This document shows, piece by piece, positions 10,297 to 19,907 of a stretch of DNA of 64,000 bases; within the stretch, counting starts at the first letter, position 1, and each line of letters opens with the position of its first letter. The notes beneath the pieces are model-generated. The model had not been told where the DNA came from. It saw only the letters and a list, made by a program, of their open reading frames with translations, and did no database searches. Source of the stretch: Ruminococcus sp. (GTDB taxonomy: Bacteria; Bacillota; Clostridia; Oscillospirales; Acutalibacteraceae). The position numbers were made by a program, and so were the translations under genes. The stretch covers positions 6,736 to 70,735 of the forward strand of contig JBGUUL010000012.1 in assembly GCA_045133515.1 (NCBI GenBank). Reading direction: 5' to 3'.

Positions 10297-12400
10297 GAGG
10301 AGCTTTGTATCAGCCACAGCTGTTAGCTTGGTGGCTCTGCTACTTTGCACTGCCTTTACTTTTTCTTGGCTCACATCAAAGATTGATTACCTCAACACAG
10401 TTATTCGTATGGGTGAGTTTGGTGCAACCGTAAATGTTTATTATGAGGACGGAAAACTCTTAACTTCAGGCTCAACAGCCGGTGACGATGTTGTTGTGGA
10501 CAATGCAATTAGCCAGGATAAGAATTGGTCAGCAGGTACAGTTGGCTATAGATTTGTTGAGGTTAAAAATACAGGTACAATTAACCTTAACTCCTTTATG
10601 AGCTTTGATTTTGATTTACATAATTTTATGGCAGACAACAAGACTGTGTCCGACAGCTTTTACCTTAATGTAAGTGACATCACTTCACAGGTTAAGAGCT
10701 ACACAGGTTCTGGAAATAAACTAAAAAAGTATATTGAGGATTATAAGAAAAATTCTGCCCTTGGCATAGCACAGGTTGGCCAGAAATTTACTGATGCAAC
10801 AAATGTTAAAAGACTTGGTATGACTATTGGTGGTGGAGTTTCTTACTACCTTCTTGAATACTGTTGCTATGACCTTTCATCCCTTGCTTATAATTCAGAC
10901 AGCTTTTTGACCTTAGGTGCAAAAATCCGTGTTCAGCAGACTGATGCACCTGTTGTTAAGAATGATAAGGGTACGGTTACAGGTGAAAGCAAAAAGCATA
11001 CAAACTCTAATGATAATGCAACACAACAGATTATTCCAACCGAAACAAAGGCTCAGCAGGTAACAACAGAACCAAATACTTCTATTTCACCTACTGCTCC
11101 TAATGATTCTGACAATACAGTTGTGGCTACTTCCCCTGTTACTAATTCAAATGTAACTAACCCTAATGTGGTGGAAACTCAGCCTCCAGAAACAACCCAG
11201 CCAACAGCAGTTGTTCCCGAAGTATCTGTAACAGTTCCTGTTGTTACACCAGAAACACAGACAACAACTCCTGTTAATGAATGGGATGTTGTATATTTAG
11301 ACAGCGAGAAAAAAACTTGCCAAATTGCTACCTATCGTGGCGATGAAAAGGAGCTAAAGCTACCTACAGAGCTTGACGGTGCAAGGGTAACTGCAATTAG
11401 TGGTTATGCTTTCCTTGGTTCAAAGGTTGAAAAGCTTACAATTCCAGCTACAGTTAACAGCATTGACTTTACAGCCTTTGATACTGACACATTAAAGGAA
11501 GTAAAGTTTAGCAAAACAACTGAAATTGATGATGTGAAATATACTTCACCATTTACTGCTGATGATGAGGTTATCTATACAGCAGATAAGTCAGTACTTT
11601 TAAAGTATATGGCACAAAAAAATAACAAGGTATATAAGGTGGATAACAACACTGTGGCTATTGCTGACAAGGCATTTTGTAGCGCAAAACACCTTAAAAA
11701 GCTTGACCTAAGTGGTGTTCAGTCAATTAGCTCAACAGCCTTTAGTGGTGCAGAAATTACCGACTATGTTTTCCACACAGTAGAACCTCCTGTTGTTGTG
11801 GCTACAGAAAGTTTTGGTAAAATCACTCTTGGAGTAAATGACAAGGATGAAATTCAGTATGTGTCAGATGTAACTCTCCATATACCAGGTGTTGCATATG
11901 ATGATTATAAGGCATCTCTTGGCTTTGCAAGCTATGACAAGGCAAATGCTATAAAAAAGGATAGTAAGCTTGGTAGTGACAATGTTGCCACAGAGTTAGA
12001 AAGTGGCATTGAGTACACAATTCTTAGGAATAACTCCGAATATGCCGGTGTTACATACAGTAGTGACGAGGCAAAGTATGTTGCAGTAGTGACAGGCTAT
12101 GAAGAAATACCAGACAATGGTGTAGTGAAGATTGCATCTTCAGTTGTATATGAGGAAGATGATGATTCTTATAATTGTCCTGTTGTAGGTATTGCTGACA
12201 GAGCCTTTGAAAATGCAAAGGATATGAAGATGCTTGTTCTTCCAAACAGAGATGTTTATTATACATCTGATGCATTTGTTGGTTGCGATAACCTTGGACT
12301 TATTGACTACGATTCAGTACTTCCATTTGATGTAAGCAAGTTTGATGCTATCCTTGAAGAAATTAAGGTTACATCAGAAGATGAAGAAACAGAAGAATAA
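10232..12400 (+). CDS. SipW-class TasA-like domain fused through a Thr/Pro linker to BspA-type leucine-rich repeats
   Basis: AFTFSWLTS (TFSWL at 10358..10372); NWSAG...VEVKNTGT; T/P/V-rich stalk; VTAISGYAF, TIPATVNSIDFTAF, IADKAF, IADRAF repeats; overlaps the sipW 3' end. Confidence 0.8.
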   Translation: MLQENLKNPSKKTETLTTKLNKRSFVSATAVSLVALLLCTAFTFSWLTSKIDYLNTVIRMGEFGATVNVYYEDGKLLTSGSTAGDDVVVDNAISQDKNWSAGTVGYRFVEVKNTGTINLNSFMSFDFDLHNFMADNKTVSDSFYLNVSDITSQVKSYTGSGNKLKKYIEDYKKNSALGIAQVGQKFTDATNVKRLGMTIGGGVSYYLLEYCCYDLSSLAYNSDSFLTLGAKIRVQQTDAPVVKNDKGTVTGESKKHTNSNDNATQQIIPTETKAQQVTTEPNTSISPTAPNDSDNTVVATSPVTNSNVTNPNVVETQPPETTQPTAVVPEVSVTVPVVTPETQTTTPVNEWDVVYLDSEKKTCQIATYRGDEKELKLPTELDGARVTAISGYAFLGSKVEKLTIPATVNSIDFTAFDTDTLKEVKFSKTTEIDDVKYTSPFTADDEVIYTADKSVLLKYMAQKNNKVYKVDNNTVAIADKAFCSAKHLKKLDLSGVQSISSTAFSGAEITDYVFHTVEPPVVVATESFGKITLGVNDKDEIQYVSDVTLHIPGVAYDDYKASLGFASYDKANAIKKDSKLGSDNVATELESGIEYTILRNNSEYAGVTYSSDEAKYVAVVTGYEEIPDNGVVKIASSVVYEEDDDSYNCPVVGIADRAFENAKDMKMLVLPNRDVYYTSDAFVGCDNLGLIDYDSVLPFDVSKFDAILEEIKVTSEDEETEE

Positions 12401-12404
12401 AATT

Positions 12405-12462
12405 ACAGGAGCAGAAATGCTCCTGTTTTTTTGCAGTAAAAAACCACCTCAAGGGTGGTTTT
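12405..12462. terminator. Two back-to-back intrinsic terminators between convergent genes
   Basis: ACAGGAGCA-GAAA-TGCTCCTGT followed by a T-run, then AAAACCACC-TCAAG-GGTGGTTTT. Confidence 0.85.
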
Positions 12463-12475
12463 ACTTATGTAGTAT

Positions 12476-13069
12476 TTAGTTCAGCATAAATGAGAATGTT
12501 ACCATCTTGCCATTATCATCAAGATTTGCAGTAAATGTGCATTTGTCAGTTTTGTACTGTAGCATTTTTCCACTTTCAAGGTGTGAGAGGTTAACCTGTG
12601 GCTGTCCCCAAGCCTTAATAATCTTTTCTGATGTATCATTGTGCTTTATTCCTGAAGGGAGTGTGTAGCTATGGTCGTATTCCTCACCTGAATATGTGCC
12701 AATGAAACAAACTGTGCCTTCCTTAACAGTACATTCTGTATTTCCTGTGTTTGCAACAGAAATAGCAATCAGCTTATTCTTTGAAGTCTTAACATTGAAG
12801 CTTTCCATAATCATTGAGTCATTCTTACTTGGCTTTAGCGTTCTTTCCAATACTCCGTTGTAGTTTTCGTCAAGGGTAAAACCCTGTTTTTCAAGGTCGC
12901 TATAGGTTAGATTATCGGTGATTTTCACAAGCTGATTATCAATGAGAACCTCCATACTTGTTATGTCTTTAGAGATTTCTGATGTATTAGAGTCCGTTGT
13001 ACTTTGGGAATTACATCCCGTTAGCATTACCAGAAATATCGTCAATGAAATTATAATTATTCTTTTCAT
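12476..13069 (-). CDS. Hypothetical lipoprotein
   Basis: MKR...LTGC lipobox; RBS GGAGG. Confidence 0.75.
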   Translation of the reverse strand: MKRIIIISLTIFLVMLTGCNSQSTTDSNTSEISKDITSMEVLIDNQLVKITDNLTYSDLEKQGFTLDENYNGVLERTLKPSKNDSMIMESFNVKTSKNKLIAISVANTGNTECTVKEGTVCFIGTYSGEEYDHSYTLPSGIKHNDTSEKIIKAWGQPQVNLSHLESGKMLQYKTDKCTFTANLDDNGKMVTFSFMLN

Positions 13070-13169
13070 ATATAACCTCCTATATGTCTATTTTACTCCT
13101 TTATTATGTCTTTGTAAAGAAAAAAATAAGGCCCTCGACTGAGAGCCTTATTTAGCTTTTGTACAGTAT

Positions 13170-14714
13170 TTAAGCCATTTTCTTTACTTCTTCAAAAGTA
13201 TCAACAATCTTCTGTTCTGGCTTCTTTGTTAGAAGGCTTACAACAATGATTACCACAAGACCTGTAATAAATGCAGGGAGTAGCTCGTAGATGTTGAGGA
13301 AGGAGAGAGCAGGATTTTCTGCACCTATTGGAGCAATTACATACTTCCACAGGAATACCATTCCACCACCTGCAATCATACCACAAAGTGCGCCTGTTTT
13401 GTTGACACGCTTCCAGAACAATGCGCATAGCATTACAGGACCGAATGCAGCACCAAAACCTGCCCAGGCGAATGAAACGATTTTGAATACAGATGAATTG
13501 CTGTCCCAAGCAAGGACAACTGCTATTGCTGAAATAACAATAAGTGTAACCCTTGCAATTACCATTGCCATTTTTTCAGAGGTCTTAACCTTGAACAGTC
13601 CACCGATAATGTTTTCAGAAACACCTGATGACGCAGTAAGTAGCTGACTATCAGCTGTTGACATTGTGGATGCCAAAATACCCGCAAGAATAACACCGGC
13701 AAGTAAGGCAAATACAATGCCTTTATCAGCAAGAATTTGAGAAATGCTGATAATAATAGTTTCGCTGTCCTTAAGAGCCTCCATAGAGCCGTTGCTTGTC
13801 ATTGCAAGACCTACAAAGCCAATAAAGATAGCCACAGCAAGAGAAATTACAACCCAAACGGATGCAACTCGTCTTGAAACCTTTAGCTGTTTGCTGTCCT
13901 TAATAGCCATAAATCTTAAAAGAATATGTGGCATACCAAAGTAGCCAAGTCCCCAAGCAAGTAGTGAGAAAATACTTAGTAGGCTAAAGTCTGATGAAGT
14001 CTTTGTAACAGGGTCAAATGCCTCTGTAAGACTAAAGTAGCCTGGTAGTGACTGGGCATTGTCAATAACATTACCAATACCACCAGCAGTTGAAATACCA
14101 AAACCTAAGATAACAAGTAGGGCGATTGTCATAACAATGCTCTGTACAAAGTCAGTAGTTGATGCAGCAAGGAAGCCGCCAATTGTTGTGTATCCAACAA
14201 TAACAACTGCTGAAATTATCATTGCAAGGTGGTAGTCAATGCCAAACAGTGTACCAAAGAGCTTACCACAGGCTGCAAAGCCGGATGCTGTGTATGGGAC
14301 AAAGAATACAATGATTACAATGGCTGAAATTGCCATAATGAACTTGTTTTTTTCTCCAAAACGCTTTGAGAAGAAGTCAGGGATTGTAATTGCACCAATT
14401 TTCTGACTGTAATTTCTAAGCCTTTTTGAAACGATTAGCCAGTTGAGATAAGTACCAACTGCAAGTCCCAAGGCTGTCCACACAGCTTCACTTGCACCAC
14501 TTAGGTACGCAACACCAGGCAATCCCATAAGTAACCAGGAGCTCATATCAGATGCCTCGGCACTCATTGCAGTTACAAGAGGACCCAACTTTCTACCACC
14601 AAGGTAGAAGTCATCAACTGAGTTGTTTTGTTTTGAACACACTACACCAATCATCAGCACTAACATCAAATATGCTGCAATTGAGATAAGTATGCATATG
14701 CTTGTTTGTGTCAT
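13170..14714 (-). CDS. putP: Sodium/proline symporter (SSS family)
   Basis: DFYLGGRKLGPLVTAMSAEASDMSSWLLMGLPG; GLGYFGMPHIL; STADSQLL; multi-TM. Confidence 0.9.
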   Translation of the reverse strand: MTQTSICILISIAAYLMLVLMIGVVCSKQNNSVDDFYLGGRKLGPLVTAMSAEASDMSSWLLMGLPGVAYLSGASEAVWTALGLAVGTYLNWLIVSKRLRNYSQKIGAITIPDFFSKRFGEKNKFIMAISAIVIIVFFVPYTASGFAACGKLFGTLFGIDYHLAMIISAVVIVGYTTIGGFLAASTTDFVQSIVMTIALLVILGFGISTAGGIGNVIDNAQSLPGYFSLTEAFDPVTKTSSDFSLLSIFSLLAWGLGYFGMPHILLRFMAIKDSKQLKVSRRVASVWVVISLAVAIFIGFVGLAMTSNGSMEALKDSETIIISISQILADKGIVFALLAGVILAGILASTMSTADSQLLTASSGVSENIIGGLFKVKTSEKMAMVIARVTLIVISAIAVVLAWDSNSSVFKIVSFAWAGFGAAFGPVMLCALFWKRVNKTGALCGMIAGGGMVFLWKYVIAPIGAENPALSFLNIYELLPAFITGLVVIIVVSLLTKKPEQKIVDTFEEVKKMA

Positions 14715-14861
14715 ATCATACCTCCTAAAATTAACCCCATTTCTGTCGAGGTCGGCATTCTTCTCTATTTTACTACATTAAAGTGTAAAAGTCAATGAAA
14801 AACACCTATAATGGCATAAAGGTGTTTTGTAGAATAAAATGACCTCAATAAAACTCCGTTA

Positions 14862-15353
14862 TTACAATTCACATTCCATTACAAAGTCATCCATTATATA
14901 CCCTTTGCCAATGTCAAACTGTGCGCTTTCTGTTACCACAAAGTTATGGTGCTTATATACATCAATGGTGTGGGTGTTGTACTTGTTGACTGTAAGATAA
15001 ACCTTGGCAAAACCCTTTTCCTTGGCAAGATTTTTTACAAAGTTCATCATTTTACTTGCATAGCCCTTGCCACGGTTTTCCTTAGTTAAATATAGCTTAC
15101 TGAGGAAAAGCCTGTCTTTTTCGGGATGTACACTTATAAAACCAATTTTGTCATTGGCATTTACAAAGTAAAATTCATATCCCTGCTTGATGTTCTCTGC
15201 AATAGCTTTTGGTGCAAAGAACATCTCTACCATATAGTCAATTTGTTCCTTTTCAAGAATACAAGGGAAGTACTCGTGCCACACCCTGTCTGCAAGGGAA
15301 TAAAGCTCCTGTATCTGCTGTTCATTTTGGATTAGCTCATATGTAATTTCCAT
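14862..15353 (-). CDS. GNAT family N-acetyltransferase
   Basis: LSKLYL...RGKGYA acetyl-CoA motif; LTVNKYN; start moved to the RBS-supported ATG at 15353. Confidence 0.85.
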   Translation of the reverse strand: MEITYELIQNEQQIQELYSLADRVWHEYFPCILEKEQIDYMVEMFFAPKAIAENIKQGYEFYFVNANDKIGFISVHPEKDRLFLSKLYLTKENRGKGYASKMMNFVKNLAKEKGFAKVYLTVNKYNTHTIDVYKHHNFVVTESAQFDIGKGYIMDDFVMECEL

Positions 15354-15440
15354 TAAATTCGCCTCTTTCAATAATATATGATGATTATATAACAAATCCT
15401 CACTTTAATCAATTAAAGTGAGGAGGAGTTTTAATATAAA

Positions 15441-16283
15441 TTATTTTTCTTGCTTATCCCTTTTCACCATTTTACCATTGATGAAAACATAGTCACTTTG
15501 GGAGTTGTTGGCAACCTCTCTTTCATATTTTTCAATAACAACAGGCTGATGCTTTTTCTCATCAACTGTAAATGAACCAACAGTTTCCTGCAAGCCCTTT
15601 GCAATAACACTAATGGAAATGTAGCTATACAAAAGTGGGAGTATTAGCAGAGCAACGCTACCTGTAACAAAGAACCACACACCATCTGTAAACATAACTG
15701 CAATAAATAATGCAAAGGCTGGAATTGCCACCGAAATAATAGCAATAATATTTCGTCCGATTTTACCAAAAATCAGCAAAAAGGCATTTTTGTAAACATC
15801 CTTTATTTTAAGGTCATATGTAACTGACATAATTGGCACATAGTGCATCATCATTAGCAGTAGCACTGTGAAGAGGATGTAAAGTGTTAGAACAGCACCA
15901 AAGGTCATATCAGTTTTTGCTAAGGAATAGTAATAGAGTAGGGCAAAAACTGTGCAAACAATAATTAGATAGGATAAAGTTCCGTGAAGAATAAAAACCT
16001 TCCAATTTTCCTTAACAGCCTTTTTAAAGGTTTTAAAAACAGGAACATCTTTCTTCTCAACAGCATATTTCCTTACCACCATAACAAGTCCCGAGTATAG
16101 AGGAAAGGTTGGAATTAAGCCAAGACACCAAATTATAATGTTGTTAAAGCCTGTTGCCCAGCCTACTAATATGGCTATGGCAGTAAAAACTGTTAGTGGC
16201 AGAGAGTACAGCAAAGTTGCCAATATGAGATTGGGGAATTTTGTAAAAAATCTTGCAAATGCAGAATCTTTAAATTTATTCAT
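15441..16283 (-). CDS. YesL/DUF624-like membrane protein
   Basis: Multi-TM; FKKAVKENWK pattern; divergent from a sugar ABC operon. Confidence 0.65.
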   Translation of the reverse strand: MNKFKDSAFARFFTKFPNLILATLLYSLPLTVFTAIAILVGWATGFNNIIIWCLGLIPTFPLYSGLVMVVRKYAVEKKDVPVFKTFKKAVKENWKVFILHGTLSYLIIVCTVFALLYYYSLAKTDMTFGAVLTLYILFTVLLLMMMHYVPIMSVTYDLKIKDVYKNAFLLIFGKIGRNIIAIISVAIPAFALFIAVMFTDGVWFFVTGSVALLILPLLYSYISISVIAKGLQETVGSFTVDEKKHQPVVIEKYEREVANNSQSDYVFINGKMVKRDKQEK

Positions 16284-16522
16284 TAAAATCAGTCCTTATA
16301 TATTTTAGTACATTCTACCACAAAAACCTCACTTGTTCAATAGTGAATGGTCATTATTATGGGTCAAAAAATCCCATAACATAGGGAAAAACCTCATATC
16401 AATGGGGTTTATGAATTTTATGATTTAAAAATTATTGTACAAAATACATATAAAATAAGGGGTATGTGAAATGGCAAAAATAAGTGCTGTACAAAATTTT
16501 TTAATAATTTTTTAAAAATATA

Positions 16523-16551
16523 TTGCATTTGTAACAGAATTATGATATTCT
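16523..16551 (+). promoter_or_regulatory. SigA-type promoter of the sugar ABC operon
   Basis: TTGCAT-17 bp-TATTCT with an extended -10 TG. Confidence 0.55.
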
Positions 16552-16644
16552 TGTGTTGATGAGATGACAGAACGGTTTTAAATCTGTTATCAACTTAGGT
16601 TCGGAGCATAATCCGTACAAATTTTATAAAAAGGGAGATCAATT

Positions 16645-17970
16645 ATGAAAAAGAAAATTGTTAAAAGAACAGTTGCAGCCTCTATGGCTTGTCTGATGGC
16701 AGCTTCCTGTATGGCAGGTTGTAGCAGTAACGAATCAAAGGAAGAAGCTAAGGGTTCAGTTTACTATCTAAACTTTAAACCAGAACAGGATGGAGCTTGG
16801 CAGAATTTAGCTAAGGCTTACACAAAGGAAACAGGCATTGATGTAAAGGTTACAACAGCTGCTGAAGGTACTTATGAATCAACACTTACAGCTGAAATGG
16901 ACAAGGACAATGCTCCAACACTATTCCAGGTTAATGGTCCTGTTGGTCTTGCTAACTGGGATGAGTATTGTTTAGATCTTGCTGACACAGATATTTACAA
17001 GGAACTTACAAACGAAAGCTATGCTCTTAAGAACACAGAAGGTACTGTTAAGGGTATTGCTTATGTTATTGAGTCTTATGGTATCATTTACAACAAGACA
17101 TTACTTCAGAAGTATTGTGATTCTGATTTTGCTTCAGTTAAGAAGATTGAGGACATCAACAGCTTTGATAAGTTAAAGACAGTTGCTGAAGAAATTCAGA
17201 AGAATGCTAAGGCTCTTGGCGTTAAGGGTGCATTCGCATCAACAGGTATGGATAGCTCATCTGACTGGAGATTTAAGACTCACCTTGCTAACCTACCAAT
17301 CTACTATGAATACAAGGATGAAAATGTTACATCAACAGACGCTATCAAGGGCACATACCTTGACAATTATAAGAACATTTTTGACCTTTATATCAACAAC
17401 TCTACTTGTAAGCCAACTGACCTTGCAAGCAAGACAGCTTCTGATGCAGAAGCTGAGTTCTATAAGGGCGAAGCTGTATTCTTCCAGAATGGTTCTTGGG
17501 AATATGGCGATCTTACAAAAAATGGTCTAAAGGACGAAGACTTGGGTATGCTCCCAATTTACATTGGTGCTGAAGGCGAAGAAAATCAGGGTCTATGCAC
17601 AGGTTCAGAAAACTATTGGGTAGTTAACTCAAATGCAAGTGAAGAAGACCAGAAGGCAACTCTTGACTTTATGAAGTGGTGTGTATCTTCTGAAGCAGGT
17701 ACAAAGGCAATGGCTGACGATATGGGATTTGTAATTCCTTTCAACAATGCTAAGGAAGCTACAAACGTATTCGTTAAGGCAGACGCAGAGTACACAGCAG
17801 CAGGTAAAGAACCAGTATCTTGGAACTTCACAACAATGCCAAGCGAAGATTGGAAGAATGGTGTAGGTACAGCTCTTACACAGTATGCAGCAGGCACAGG
17901 CGAGTGGGACGATGTTGTTAAGGCTTTCGTTGACGGTTGGAAGACAGAATACGCAAAGGCTAACGGCTAA
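16645..17970 (+). CDS. Carbohydrate ABC transporter solute-binding lipoprotein (possibly maltodextrin)
   Basis: MAGC lipobox; VYYLNFKPE, APTLFQVNGP, FFQNGSW; strongly biased codons; substrate is inference. Confidence 0.85.
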   Translation: MKKKIVKRTVAASMACLMAASCMAGCSSNESKEEAKGSVYYLNFKPEQDGAWQNLAKAYTKETGIDVKVTTAAEGTYESTLTAEMDKDNAPTLFQVNGPVGLANWDEYCLDLADTDIYKELTNESYALKNTEGTVKGIAYVIESYGIIYNKTLLQKYCDSDFASVKKIEDINSFDKLKTVAEEIQKNAKALGVKGAFASTGMDSSSDWRFKTHLANLPIYYEYKDENVTSTDAIKGTYLDNYKNIFDLYINNSTCKPTDLASKTASDAEAEFYKGEAVFFQNGSWEYGDLTKNGLKDEDLGMLPIYIGAEGEENQGLCTGSENYWVVNSNASEEDQKATLDFMKWCVSSEAGTKAMADDMGFVIPFNNAKEATNVFVKADAEYTAAGKEPVSWNFTTMPSEDWKNGVGTALTQYAAGTGEWDDVVKAFVDGWKTEYAKANG

Positions 17971-18004
17971 TTTATCCTTACTGAATAACAATTAAGTTGG
18001 ACAG

Positions 18005-18030
18005 GGGGGAGCGTTAACGCTCCCCCTTTT
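18005..18030 (+). terminator. Intra-operon stem-loop after the binding-protein gene
   Basis: GGGGGAGCG-TTAA-CGCTCCCCC-TTTT. Confidence 0.7.
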
Positions 18031-18049
18031 AAAAAGAAAGGCAAATACT

Positions 18050-18925
18050 ATGTTTAGAAAACCAAAAAGAAAATTATATTCACTAATATTTGTGCTTCCA
18101 ACATTTGCTGCCTTTATAATTGGATTTATATATCCATTTTTCAGTGGTGTATATCTTTCCTTCTGTAAATTTAGGACTACCAGTAATGCAAAGTTCGTTG
18201 GCTTTGATAACTACATTAAGGCTTTTGAAAACGAGGGTTTTCTCCGTTCATTTTGGTTCACAGCATTGTTTGTTGTGGTATCAGTTGTGCTGATTAACCT
18301 TATTGCTTTCTTTGTTGCTTATGCACTTACTCTTGGCATTAGAGGTTCAAATGTTTTCAGAACAGTGTTCTTTATGCCAAACCTTATTGGTGGTATTATT
18401 CTTGGTTATATTTGGCAACAGATTTTCAACGGTATTCTCAAAAATTACGGTACAAACCTTGCCCTAAACTCAACTTATGGTTTTTGGGGATTGATAATAC
18501 TGATGTGTTGGCAACAAGCCGGATATATGATGATAATTTACATAGCCGGGTTCCAAAGTGTTCCCAGCGACTTATATGAGGCTGCTAAAATTGACGGCGC
18601 AGACAAAAAACAAATGCTCAAGAATGTTACAATTCCAATGATGATGCCATCTATCACCATTTGTACATTCCTTACACTTACAAATTCATTCAAGCTATTT
18701 GACCAAAACCTTGCACTTACAGGTGGCGCACCTGGTGTAGTATCGGAAAGTGGTACAATGGTTTATCAGACGGAAATGATGGCTCTGAATATCTACAACA
18801 CCTTCTATTCAAATGCAAATTCCCGTGGTGTTGGTCAGGCTGAGGCAGTTATCTTCTTTGTTATTGTTGTAGTTATTGCCCTTGCACAGCTTGGATTCAC
18901 AAGAAAGAAGGAGGTGCAACAGTAA
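18050..18925 (+). CDS. Carbohydrate ABC transporter permease (MalF-like)
   Basis: EAA motif YEAAKIDGA; FRTVFFMP. Confidence 0.9.
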   Translation: MFRKPKRKLYSLIFVLPTFAAFIIGFIYPFFSGVYLSFCKFRTTSNAKFVGFDNYIKAFENEGFLRSFWFTALFVVVSVVLINLIAFFVAYALTLGIRGSNVFRTVFFMPNLIGGIILGYIWQQIFNGILKNYGTNLALNSTYGFWGLIILMCWQQAGYMMIIYIAGFQSVPSDLYEAAKIDGADKKQMLKNVTIPMMMPSITICTFLTLTNSFKLFDQNLALTGGAPGVVSESGTMVYQTEMMALNIYNTFYSNANSRGVGQAEAVIFFVIVVVIALAQLGFTRKKEVQQ

Positions 18926-19806
18926 TGGCTAAGGTTAAAGCTAAACCTAAGGAAAAGAAACCTGTTAAAAAGCAAACCTTAGGAATGAAGATTTTGACTG
19001 TTATATTCTCAGTTGTTTCTGTATTCTATGTAATGCCAATTATTATTGTTTTAATGAACTCCTTTAAAACAAATGCTGGTATTAGTGAAAGTGTGTTCCA
19101 GTTGCCTAATGCTGAAACCTTCTATGGCCTACAGAGCTATATAAAGGGTATGTTCTTTGGTAACTTCCCATTCTATCAGACAATTCTCTGTAGCTTGTTC
19201 ATTACAGTTGGTGGCGTTGCACTTATCCTAATTTGTACATCAATGTGCGCTTGGTATCTTTCAAGGTCAAACAGCCTCATCTGCAAAATAATCTATTATT
19301 TCTGCATTTTCTCAATGGTTGTACCTTTCCAGATGGTTATGTTCACACTGTCAAAGACAGCCGATTCCTTAGGATTTACAACACCTTGGGGTATCCTCAT
19401 AATTTACCTCGGTTTTGGTGCAGGTCTTGCTGTGTTTATGTTCACAGGCTTTGTAAAGAGTATTCCTATTGAAATTGAGGAGGCTGCCGATGTTGACGGT
19501 GCAGGCCCACTTAGAACATTCTTTGGTGTTGTTCTTCCAATTATGAAGCCAACATTTATTTCTGTTGGTATTCTTGAAACTATGTGGATTTGGAACGACT
19601 ACCTACTTCCATACCTTATCCTTGATAAGGGTAGGTTCAAAACTATACCTATTCATATTCAGTACCTCAACGGTAGCTATGGTCATACTGATACAAGTGC
19701 TATTATGGCTCTTATCGTGCTTTCCATTGTACCTATTGTTATCTTCTACTTTGCTTGTCAGAAGTATATCATCGAGGGCGTTGTTGCCGGTGCTGTTAAG
19801 GGTTAA
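18925..19806 (+). CDS. Carbohydrate ABC transporter permease (MalG-like)
   Basis: EEAADVDGAG; WIWNDYLLP; ends GAVKG; TAATG stop/start coupling. Confidence 0.9.
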   Translation: MAKVKAKPKEKKPVKKQTLGMKILTVIFSVVSVFYVMPIIIVLMNSFKTNAGISESVFQLPNAETFYGLQSYIKGMFFGNFPFYQTILCSLFITVGGVALILICTSMCAWYLSRSNSLICKIIYYFCIFSMVVPFQMVMFTLSKTADSLGFTTPWGILIIYLGFGAGLAVFMFTGFVKSIPIEIEEAADVDGAGPLRTFFGVVLPIMKPTFISVGILETMWIWNDYLLPYLILDKGRFKTIPIHIQYLNGSYGHTDTSAIMALIVLSIVPIVIFYFACQKYIIEGVVAGAVKG

Positions 19807-19907
19807 GTTAAAATCATTATTATCCCCAGTCATTTTGGCAGGGGATTTTACATTTTGTATTGAAAAATTTGCCTTATGTAAGTATAATGTTGGTAGGATG
19901 TGATAAT

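Noticed and set aside
2-12400. Sortase pilus or type IV pilin operon
   Set aside because: No sortase, LPxTG, G|FxxxE prepilin motif or assembly ATPase in the visible part; the peptidase is SipW-type.
16556-16595. Riboswitch in the sugar ABC leader
   Set aside because: Only one imperfect hairpin in a short leader, with no recognisable aptamer or terminator; it could be an operator but I cannot support that.
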